Source of the DNA: a phage
Length of the DNA stretch: 60,094 nt
Reading direction: 5' to 3' (one strand)
Sequence record: PZ445424.1
Under the pieces are notes generated by a model that did no database searches, was not told the DNA's origin, and saw only the letters and a list, made by a program, of their open reading frames with translations. This document shows positions 38,245-46,027 of this stretch, one piece after another. Made by a program: the position numbers and the translations under genes. How positions within the stretch are numbered: the first letter of the stretch is position 1; each line of letters starts with the position of its first letter.

Positions 38245-39114
38245 TTACTGCTGCCACGGCGGGACTGCTGCTTGTGCCGGATGCGGTTCAGCTTGCTGCT
38301 GTGGCTGCGCTTGCTGCTGTGGTGCTGCTGCCTGGCCCGGCTGTGCTACCTGCTGCGCCCACGGCTGCTGAGCTGCTTCCGGTGCTACTGGCTGTTGTAC
38401 CGGAGCTTGCTGAACTGGCTGCTGCGGCGCTGCGTTTTGAGCAGGATTATCCCACGGCTGCGGTGCTGCGTTCTGCCACGGTTGAGCTGCTGCGCCCTGC
38501 TGCGGTGCTGGTTGCTGAACAGGCTGCTGTTGCTGTACCGGAGCTTGCTGCTGTACAGGTGCTTGCTGTTGCTGAGCAAACGGGTTAGCTGCTGGTTGCT
38601 GTGGCGCTGCGCCCGGGAAAGTTGGCTGCTGTGCTGGCGCACCTGCACCAAACGGGTTAGCTACTGCTGGAGCACCCATTGATGGAGCCTCTGCTGCTTT
38701 TTCTGCATATTTAACCGGATCGTTAATGTTAGCGTAACCGTTAGGCTCGTTGCTGTCTTCATAACCTTCCTGAGAACGAACTTTCAGACGCAGGTTCAGC
38801 GGAATGTTATGCAATTGAGCAGGAGTATCCCAGCGAATTACACCAACTGCATGAGACAGAGCGCCCAGTTGCTCGTAAGCGATACGAACAGTATCTTCGT
38901 TGTCATTGATGACGTTATAACGAGCGAAGATTTTACGACCTTTAGCAAAACCGTCAATGATGCTAAACGTTACCTGGATCGCCATACCGCCATTTTTGGT
39001 CGCTTTAAACTCAGACGCTTCAATTACTGCTTTATACCAACCTTTTGGCAATGCGCCGTAAGAAGGTGCTTGATATTGGCTCGCGTCAAAGGTGAATTTA
39101 GTTGGCATAGTCAT
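38245..39114 (-). CDS. DUF669-like ssDNA-binding protein with Gln/Pro/Ala-rich C-terminal tail
   Basis: 289 aa; structured N-terminal ~130 aa followed by QQPxxQQ low-complexity tail; adjacent to Sak4-like ATPase, the usual DUF669 context. Confidence 0.45.
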   Translation of the reverse strand: MTMPTKFTFDASQYQAPSYGALPKGWYKAVIEASEFKATKNGGMAIQVTFSIIDGFAKGRKIFARYNVINDNEDTVRIAYEQLGALSHAVGVIRWDTPAQLHNIPLNLRLKVRSQEGYEDSNEPNGYANINDPVKYAEKAAEAPSMGAPAVANPFGAGAPAQQPTFPGAAPQQPAANPFAQQQQAPVQQQAPVQQQQPVQQPAPQQGAAAQPWQNAAPQPWDNPAQNAAPQQPVQQAPVQQPVAPEAAQQPWAQQVAQPGQAAAPQQQAQPQQQAEPHPAQAAVPPWQQ

Positions 39115-39842
39115 TAGTTAATACCTTTCATTTTGTTGATAACAGAACCTAAGTGTGGGACTTCAACCGCATCTAAACGTCCCGAACGATCCTTAGCGAT
39201 TGTATTAAAGTCCGGTTGAGTTTGCAAGTAACGATATGAGTTACCTTGCTGATCTTTATTTACATTCAGACGAAATACTTCGTCGAAGAAATAAGGGAGC
39301 ATTTGTCCCAATTTGGACCCAGGCATAGATGGAGCATACGCGGTAACACCGGAGACTTCATCTTTGTCTTTGCCCATTTTAGCAGACATATAAACATGTT
39401 TGCCAGGGATATCGCGAAATTTACGGATCAGATCTTGCATCTTTTCAAGCAAAGTACCATAAGCTTGACGAGGATCTTTTGTTCCTTTTTTCGCATTGTT
39501 TAAACATTGTTCAGCAATTTCGCTCAAGCTGTCAAGCGCAATAGAATCGAAATACTGCTGGTTAGCTGGAGTTACACACCACTGATAAGCAGCTTCAACG
39601 TCCTCCAGACATTTAACTTCGATAACAGGAATGTCATAAACAATCGGCAATCCCATGTTACCATAAACACGATTAAGGTTTTCCGCTGCAATAGATAACA
39701 GACCGGACTCTGCGCTGATCAAAATTGGTTTAGGTAGTGTGGCTACAAGGCTGGTTTTACCCATACCCGCTTCACCGTAAACCAGAATTTTAACGCCTGT
39801 GTCTTGCACTACTTGTGAAGACATTTTAATTTCAATGGCCAT
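39114..39842 (-). CDS. Sak4-like RecA-family ATPase (AAA_24)
   Basis: 242 aa; Walker A VYGEAGMGKTS near N-terminus; size and context typical of phage Sak4. Confidence 0.6.
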   Translation of the reverse strand: MAIEIKMSSQVVQDTGVKILVYGEAGMGKTSLVATLPKPILISAESGLLSIAAENLNRVYGNMGLPIVYDIPVIEVKCLEDVEAAYQWCVTPANQQYFDSIALDSLSEIAEQCLNNAKKGTKDPRQAYGTLLEKMQDLIRKFRDIPGKHVYMSAKMGKDKDEVSGVTAYAPSMPGSKLGQMLPYFFDEVFRLNVNKDQQGNSYRYLQTQPDFNTIAKDRSGRLDAVEVPHLGSVINKMKGIN

Positions 39843-39907
39843 TTAACGCCTCTCTTTTAAGTTCGTGCTCATTGTAACGTAATATACTTTGAACCCTCAA
39901 TTACTTT

Positions 39908-40822
39908 TTAATCTAAAGCCTGATCAGTTTCATCGCGGAAATGCATAAAGTTAGCAAAACGCGGTTTATCTTTAACTCCATGAGGGAAGTGCTTATATGA
40001 AATAGTCCGACCTTTAATCTTATCAGGATTATTCCAATAATAAATCTTATCCTCTTGCGTTAATTTACCAGGACTAACGTTGATTGTATTGCCCGTCTTA
40101 ACGTCTTTACAAACAAGCGTCCCGATCATACCATTAGGAACTTTATTTTCCTGATGTGAAGATCGTGTAGTCCTTCCCAGCTCGTTAACAGTAGCTTCAT
40201 TAAGATTAGTTTCACCCTCAATAATATCGAGGACAATAGCGTCTTCCTGAATAAAGCGTTTAATACGAAGATATCCACCTTCTCGAACTGTACCGCGCCC
40301 ATGCTTATAAGGCTTTTCAGGATCACGGATAATAATACCTTCATAACCCATATCAAGCCAGATGTTTTCCCAGTAGAGCAGCTCTTGCAAAGACTTAACC
40401 ACATACATCGGCACAACTTGCAGGTCGAGCAGTTCACCTTTCGCGTGCTGTGTGGTTATAAAATCTTTCATCATGTTGTAGCGTGCTTCATAGCCCAGCT
40501 CTGCAACACTTTCCGCGCACAGATCAAAGATGTGCCATTTCAGGAACGGTTCGCCTTCAATTGTGTTTACCGCACTGGTTGTTTTACGACACAGATCCGG
40601 GTCCGTTTCAACACCTGCTGCAAGCTCGCCGTCATAGCCCATGTACTGGGGACCGCTGAAAATTGCGCTTGTATGGCGGTTTTTAAACAGCTTTAAGCTG
40701 CGCCCTACTATTTGCCCATCCGGATTTAAACCGCGTACACCGTCGATTTTAGGCAGTATGCAGCACGGAAACTTAATCTTTTCTTCAATCGCGTCAGTTG
40801 CTAAATGTGGTTTAAAAGACAT
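39908..40822 (-). CDS. ATP-dependent DNA ligase
   Basis: 304 aa; adenylation motif I KIDGVRG (KxDGxR); EGIIIRDP resembles motif IV. Confidence 0.7.
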   Translation of the reverse strand: MSFKPHLATDAIEEKIKFPCCILPKIDGVRGLNPDGQIVGRSLKLFKNRHTSAIFSGPQYMGYDGELAAGVETDPDLCRKTTSAVNTIEGEPFLKWHIFDLCAESVAELGYEARYNMMKDFITTQHAKGELLDLQVVPMYVVKSLQELLYWENIWLDMGYEGIIIRDPEKPYKHGRGTVREGGYLRIKRFIQEDAIVLDIIEGETNLNEATVNELGRTTRSSHQENKVPNGMIGTLVCKDVKTGNTINVSPGKLTQEDKIYYWNNPDKIKGRTISYKHFPHGVKDKPRFANFMHFRDETDQALD

Positions 40823-40823
40823 A

Positions 40824-41447
40824 CTACAACCTCATCCAAGTTTGATAGTCAGCTTCTGTATAATGCTGTTCACGCTCACGTTTAGTAAGCATATCAGCTT
40901 TCTCTTTCATACGGGTATTACGACGTAAATGCCCGCTACCATTTTTAGGTCTATTCTCCTTTTTCTTTGCTTCGGAAATAAGCTCTTTGCATTCCTGCAA
41001 ACGGATTTTGCTTCTTTCCAACCGCATAGCAGAACGCGCACGTTCATCACAAAATCTTTGAGCTTTGCTACGCTGGTCCTGATTACTTGTATGACCTTTA
41101 ACGTGGCGAAACTCAATAGTAAGGTTATATTTACGAAGTTGATCGTTCAACCATTTGAAAGCTGTACCTTCCTGTTCGCTTTTCCAGCTTGCCTCTTTAT
41201 ACACTTTAATAGCAGTTGAACAATCTGTTTGCACAATTAGATGATCTCCCGATTGAATCAAATTAGCTTTCAATCCTTCCCAAATAACATTACAAATTGC
41301 CATTGTTTCGGCTGCATTGTTATCCGGAGCACCGCGTAATGGGCCACCATTAGCATTATTTCCACGGTTACAGACTACCCATCCACCATATCCCGCGGCT
41401 TTTGTATTTGGGCAAAAACTTGCATCAGAAATAATTGTTACTCTCAT
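40824..41447 (-). CDS. Ribonuclease H (type 1) with basic C-terminal extension
   Basis: 207 aa; RNase HI motifs ISDASF...AGYGG, NNAAETMA, QTDCSTAI, HVKGH...DERARSA. Confidence 0.75.
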   Translation of the reverse strand: MRVTIISDASFCPNTKAAGYGGWVVCNRGNNANGGPLRGAPDNNAAETMAICNVIWEGLKANLIQSGDHLIVQTDCSTAIKVYKEASWKSEQEGTAFKWLNDQLRKYNLTIEFRHVKGHTSNQDQRSKAQRFCDERARSAMRLERSKIRLQECKELISEAKKKENRPKNGSGHLRRNTRMKEKADMLTKREREQHYTEADYQTWMRL

Positions 41448-41492
41448 TGTTTTTCCTTAATAAAAAGGGGGGTCGAAAGACCCCCTTGTAAG

Positions 41493-41723
41493 TTATGCAG
41501 GAATAGATTCTTCCGGTTCTTCAGGGATCACGATTTCAATCTCTTCTTCATTTTGGAAGGTTAGACGGAAACCATCTCCTGGGCGCCCGAAAGCAAAAGT
41601 AAGGGCTATCGTATTATCCTGCTCGTAATGACAGATACTTTCTACTTTCATTTCGTTACCGTAAAAGTCACGGTAAATCATTCCAGGAAGCGCATCGGTC
41701 GCTTTGATCTTTCTTACAGCCAT
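41493..41723 (-). CDS. Hypothetical protein
   Basis: 76 aa ORF. Confidence 0.35.
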   Translation of the reverse strand: MAVRKIKATDALPGMIYRDFYGNEMKVESICHYEQDNTIALTFAFGRPGDGFRLTFQNEEEIEIVIPEEPEESIPA

Positions 41724-41734
41724 TATTCCCCCGT

Positions 41735-42538
41735 TTACAGTTTGTCTTTGAACTCTTCAATATATTGCTCGATCGGATACTGCTTACGCTTGAAACGATC
41801 AAACAAGATTTTAGCAGATTCTACGTCTTCGTCGCTCTCTTTACTTGCGCCCGGTGCCATAAAATCACGCCATGTAAAACCGTTCAGATTATGCATCTTA
41901 GCGATGTGTTTATTGTAACGACTTTCCCAGTCAATACGCTGAGCACGACCCTGGAGCTGAGCTGGCGGAATACCGCGTCCAAGAACTTGCACATATAGAT
42001 CTTTCTGACGTTGTACAGCTTCGCCGTTATAAGGTCCGGTTTTAAACTCAACAACACTACCTTTAAGATCTACACCATCCGCAAAGTTGTGTAGCATAGT
42101 TTCAATAACGTCATTCAATGTTGGAACAGTCACTTTGCCCTGGGCAATACCTGCCAAATAACCGACATTTTCTTCACCGTACAACTCGATCAGTTCTTTC
42201 TTGGTCGCTTCTGCTTCTTTGTTTGCGGACAAAGCCAACATCTGTTGTTCGAACATGTGCTCCTGTTCCAGGAAGTGGGCATAGCGTTCTTCGTCCACTT
42301 TGCAAACAATCCATTTATATTCAACATCCTTGCTGAAGTCCGGATACTGATCCACTTCTACTACTTCCGTAGTAAAGAACTTGCCGTTATATTGAATAAC
42401 AACAGTATCGCCCGGCTGTAATTCGTCGCTTTCCAGGGCACGGTAGGTATAAAGACGACCACCTGCTTCAAACTTAACTTTGACAGTTACAACACCTTTT
42501 AACAGGGCATGATACGCTTTCTGAAATTCTTTACGCAT
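41735..42538 (-). CDS. Hypothetical protein
   Basis: 267 aa ORF, no motif recognised. Confidence 0.45.
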   Translation of the reverse strand: MRKEFQKAYHALLKGVVTVKVKFEAGGRLYTYRALESDELQPGDTVVIQYNGKFFTTEVVEVDQYPDFSKDVEYKWIVCKVDEERYAHFLEQEHMFEQQMLALSANKEAEATKKELIELYGEENVGYLAGIAQGKVTVPTLNDVIETMLHNFADGVDLKGSVVEFKTGPYNGEAVQRQKDLYVQVLGRGIPPAQLQGRAQRIDWESRYNKHIAKMHNLNGFTWRDFMAPGASKESDEDVESAKILFDRFKRKQYPIEQYIEEFKDKL

Positions 42539-42579
42539 TTTAGTTTCCTCTTGGGCGGATCAACCGCCCGTTAATGTGG

Positions 42580-42990
42580 TTAAGCTTTATTTGGAACGAT
42601 TTCCAGTGACGCGGAACCAACTTTCGATTCAACGCACTGGTTAAAGACTGCGGCTTGCTCCGCTGTAAGTTTACGCCAAGCCGCAACTTTCAACACAGGT
42701 TTATTTTCTACAAGCTGATCAACGTTAACACCAACTTTAATCAGATCGCCCAGGATTCCGTTAAGACTTGGAAGATCAATCTTACGATCAATCTTGTGAG
42801 TCATTTTCATAACCCCGCCAGTAATTTCAACTTTATTAGTCCCCTCAGACGGCGCTGGGAAATATGATTTAATAATCTTTTCGCGTAGTGCTCGCTCGCG
42901 AGCTTGAAGCTTTTGTAATTCTGCTTTGGTTTTATACCACTCAATAACATCTGCTTCGGTTGCTTGTACTGCTTTATCTGCGTCGAACAT
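42580..42990 (-). CDS. Hypothetical protein
   Basis: Start refined to ATG 42990 (RBS AGAGGA); 136 aa. Confidence 0.4.
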   Translation of the reverse strand: MFDADKAVQATEADVIEWYKTKAELQKLQARERALREKIIKSYFPAPSEGTNKVEITGGVMKMTHKIDRKIDLPSLNGILGDLIKVGVNVDQLVENKPVLKVAAWRKLTAEQAAVFNQCVESKVGSASLEIVPNKA

Positions 42991-43231
42991 TTTTCTATCC
43001 TCTGTTGTGTTTCGATGTATGTATAATAGCACATCCATGTGACAGGGCAAGACTCAATCTGTATCAATTAATCTTTTTAAACGGATTAGTAATCTAGCAA
43101 CCTTCCTCCATTCAGCATCCTCCATTAATGGTGAAGGCTTATACGCTTCAGGTATCGGACAAGGTATATAGGGTTCCATGTCAGATATTACTTGCTTTGA
43201 TAACTTTTTCTTCCGTTTACCCATAAATAAC

Positions 43232-43819
43232 CTATTTCAAATAGCGGGAAGTCATGATTGGATGCAAAGACACTTCTTCCTCAGATGTAACCACATTGGC
43301 AGACGTGCCCGTGGACCCAAAGCCATTAGCACCGCGCTCAGTAGTCTTAAGCTCGTCCACTTCTACCAGTTGCACGCAAGGCACCTTAATAAGCATAGCT
43401 TGCGCAATACGATCACCATGACTAACGGTAAAACTACCATCATGATCAATAGTAAGCTTAACTTTAACTTCGCCAGTGTAGTCGCTATCAATAACGCCCA
43501 CGCAGTTTGCCAAACGCACGTCATTTTTGAATCCATGTCCGCTACGGGAATAGACCATAAGCGCATATCCTTTAGGGATATCAAACGCTAACCCTGTGCG
43601 GAATATGTGCTCGTAAGAGAAAATGATTTGTTCACAACCGTCTTCACTTTTGAGATCCGCGTGCAGGTCAAAGCAAGCTGCCCCGGCAGTGGCGAACGCT
43701 GGTAGAATTGCGGTGTCCGTTAAGCGCTTCACACCGACCGGAATTGTGCTTAATGATGCGGCAAATTTTTCAACATCAATTGCAAAAGAATTTTTTGTGA
43801 TATTTAATACGTCAGTCAT
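43232..43819 (-). CDS. dut: dUTP diphosphatase (dUTPase)
   Basis: 195 aa; five dUTPase motifs: AGAACFDL, YSRSGHGF, GVIDSDYTGE, GDRIAQ, RGANGFGSTG; N- and C-terminal extensions. Confidence 0.8.
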   Translation of the reverse strand: MTDVLNITKNSFAIDVEKFAASLSTIPVGVKRLTDTAILPAFATAGAACFDLHADLKSEDGCEQIIFSYEHIFRTGLAFDIPKGYALMVYSRSGHGFKNDVRLANCVGVIDSDYTGEVKVKLTIDHDGSFTVSHGDRIAQAMLIKVPCVQLVEVDELKTTERGANGFGSTGTSANVVTSEEEVSLHPIMTSRYLK

Positions 43820-43828
43820 AATTTCACC

Positions 43829-44296
43829 TTATTGAATTGAACCGCGATCAATTAACCATTGTTTCGCGTGCGCTTTAAAAATAATGCGATAGTCATCAAG
43901 ACTAATCTCCGCGCGGATGGAATCTTTAACTTCGTACCACTGCCACTCGCCATTGCTAAAGACAACTGGATTGAGTGGTAGAACAACCTTCCATCCTTTA
44001 CGTTCTATTTTATACATCAGAACTGGATATCTGCCAAGCTCTTTAGCGGATTGAACAGTCTGCTTCCACCATGTGTTCACCTGTGGTGTAGCATGGTTTT
44101 TTACTTCAACCGCATGGTGGCATGTATTGCTAATGTCGCAACCACCGACCGCACTTTGATTCTGGTTACGCTGAGCAATAGGTTTCTCCGGTAACTGCAT
44201 CCCCAGCTCTGCGTAGATTTCGGCATAAATTGCATTAAAGAAATCGCATACTTCCCGCTCACCGCGTTGACCTTTAGCGCGAATATTTACTGCCAT
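43829..44296 (-). CDS. Putative PD-(D/E)xK nuclease (Holliday-junction resolvase-like)
   Basis: 155 aa; GERE...GGCD...VEVK pattern compatible with a PD-(D/E)xK core; weak assignment. Confidence 0.35.
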   Translation of the reverse strand: MAVNIRAKGQRGEREVCDFFNAIYAEIYAELGMQLPEKPIAQRNQNQSAVGGCDISNTCHHAVEVKNHATPQVNTWWKQTVQSAKELGRYPVLMYKIERKGWKVVLPLNPVVFSNGEWQWYEVKDSIRAEISLDDYRIIFKAHAKQWLIDRGSIQ

Positions 44297-44297
44297 T

Positions 44298-44600
44298 TCA
44301 AATCCCCTTTAAAGACTCACCAATAATCCGTTTAATTTTACATAGTCTGCGAACTTGAGTAAAGAACGCTCCGTTTTTCCATGGTACGCCAAAATCTCCG
44401 GTTGTGATTGGTTGCATAAAACCTGGAAGAACAATGCTAGCGCTAGCTGTAACTCCATCCGGTTTATTGTCAATAGTGATAATATAGTCTTCGTCCATTT
44501 TACTCATAATGCAACCAGACTCGACATCCGTCCCCATATAACGCACTTGCACAGACCATCCTGATTGCGACAGGTGCTGTTTAAATTCTTCATATGTCAT
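44298..44600 (-). CDS. Hypothetical protein
   Basis: 100 aa ORF; candidate promoter TTGAGA-15-TATAAA immediately upstream on - strand. Confidence 0.4.
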   Translation of the reverse strand: MTYEEFKQHLSQSGWSVQVRYMGTDVESGCIMSKMDEDYIITIDNKPDGVTASASIVLPGFMQPITTGDFGVPWKNGAFFTQVRRLCKIKRIIGESLKGI

Positions 44601-44672
44601 ATAATCTCCAAAAGTTGAATATAAAACACTTCATAAAGAATTTTATATTGAAGTTCTGTTGATCTCAAGGAA

Positions 44673-44704
44673 CAAAAAAGCCCAGGCATAAGGATTCCTG
44701 GGCT
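44673..44704 (-). terminator. Rho-independent terminator (- strand)
   Basis: On - strand: AGCCCAGG-loop-CCTGGGCT followed by TTTTTT. Confidence 0.6.
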
Positions 44705-45016
44705 CTCTTGATTGTCGGATAGCTTACTTTGACTGCCGTCTTCGTCTATCCTGGCCTACTTGTACAGCCTCGCCAAAGGCTGGTGACGGTTTGGTACATC
44801 TGGCGCCGTCGCGTTAAACATCGTTCACATCGTTCAGTAAGTTGCGGGTTTACCCTGTCCGCTCCAGGAAGCCCAGCGAAAGTAGTTGCTGTAAGGAGGT
44901 ACAGCTACCGCTTTCAAGGGCTTGAGTTAAGCATCGTTCACTAAGTTAATGTTGTTAAATTGTTAAACCTCGTTAACTGTGGTTATCTTAAAGGATGCAG
45001 TCTTGAATGGCAAGCT

Positions 45017-45334
45017 TCAATTTTGCGCGGTCCCCTTTGCCGCTTTTGGTGCTAAAGTACCATCATTTAACATCAACTCAAAACCTGTTACTTGATCGGT
45101 TGGAACAATAGGGTAATTCATGATAGCCATGTGGATACAACACCCTCCATCACATTCGTCGATGTATTCACTACCCCAATAGTATAAATGACCATCTCTT
45201 CGAATATCCATTGCTGTAGGGAAATCTACAAGAATTCTTTTGATTTCTTTTCGTCCTTCTTTATGCAGATTAGTTTCAATACGGATAAGCTCCGCATAAA
45301 TTGCTTCACAGATAGTATTTACAATTCCCATCAT
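45017..45334 (-). CDS. Hypothetical Cys-rich protein
   Basis: 105 aa; ECDGGCCIH motif. Confidence 0.4.
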   Translation of the reverse strand: MMGIVNTICEAIYAELIRIETNLHKEGRKEIKRILVDFPTAMDIRRDGHLYYWGSEYIDECDGGCCIHMAIMNYPIVPTDQVTGFELMLNDGTLAPKAAKGTAQN

Positions 45335-45529
45335 TTACCCCCTTAAGTTTTGAATCATTCTATCACAGGCAGCTTTTACAGAAGAGTTCTGCCAGTCTTC
45401 TTCAATTTGTGAAGGTTCTTCAGGCGAATAAGCAGCACTAATCAAGCACTGATTATAACCTTCAATATAAGCTTGCTTTGCGGTATCGACTATTGCTCGT
45501 AAAGCGATATTGAATAATTGTTGATCCAT
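45335..45529 (-). CDS. Hypothetical protein
   Basis: Start refined to ATG 45529 (RBS GAGGTG); 64 aa. Confidence 0.35.
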   Translation of the reverse strand: MDQQLFNIALRAIVDTAKQAYIEGYNQCLISAAYSPEEPSQIEEDWQNSSVKAACDRMIQNLRG

Positions 45530-45537
45530 TTTACACC

Positions 45538-45612
45538 TCACAGAATGTACATAAACCAGAAATAACCAGCTACGAAAATAGCACCCGCAAATAATTTTAA
45601 AAGCTCGAACAT
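45538..45612 (-). CDS. Candidate small hydrophobic peptide (24 aa, MFELLKLFAGAIFVAGYFWFMYIL)
   Basis: Unlisted mini-ORF with strong RBS GGAGGG 4-5 nt upstream of ATG; its stop overlaps the RBS of the next gene; single TM-like helix. Confidence 0.3.
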   Translation of the reverse strand: MFELLKLFAGAIFVAGYFWFMYIL

Positions 45613-45770
45613 TGTTCCCTCCGTTAACTTTATGCTGTAAGTATAGCAGGACTTACGATGTATGCAACAACTTTAGACTTGAAATACATCTATAAAATAG
45701 CACGATTTGCCTTTACCTCTGATCCGTCTAGCTGTACTATTAACACATAAACAGAGCGGAGGATTACAAA

Positions 45771-45995
45771 ATGGTCATGCTGAATAAAGTATATAGCACA
45801 ATGGGCGCGGATTATAAAGTTGTACGTCACCCGCGTACTGGTAAATTTGAAGCATATATCCGTCCAATGGGTGAAGGTTGGATGTATTACGGTACTTATG
45901 ACGACGCTGAGCAAGCTTATGAAGAAGCGGAAAGTGCGGCGGAAGCATCCGAAATTATGGCAAGGTACGACATCGATAATTACTACCTCAACTAA
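45771..45995 (+). CDS. Hypothetical acidic protein (lone + strand gene inside - strand block)
   Basis: 74 aa; strong RBS GGAGG 8 nt upstream; followed by a bidirectional terminator. Confidence 0.5.
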   Translation: MVMLNKVYSTMGADYKVVRHPRTGKFEAYIRPMGEGWMYYGTYDDAEQAYEEAESAAEASEIMARYDIDNYYLN

Positions 45996-46000
45996 CAATA

Positions 46001-46027
46001 AAGGGCCGAAAGGCCCTTTATTTATTT
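46001..46027. terminator. Bidirectional intrinsic terminator (GNRA-loop hairpin)
   Basis: AAGGGCC-GAAA-GGCCCTT followed by TATTTATTT on + strand and a T-rich tract on - strand. Confidence 0.65.

Noticed and set aside
38272-38682. + strand ORFs (136 and 104 aa, Leu/Arg/Cys- or Ala-rich) inside 38245-39114
   Set aside because: They lie antisense to the Q/P-rich tail of the DUF669-like gene; repetitive CTG/CAG DNA keeps all frames open.
44601-45016. tRNA gene in the long non-coding stretches (also checked 52143-52759 and 53190-53530)
   Set aside because: No T-loop GGTTCRANYCC motif or cloverleaf-compatible inverted repeats were seen by eye; tRNAscan-SE would be needed to confirm absence.
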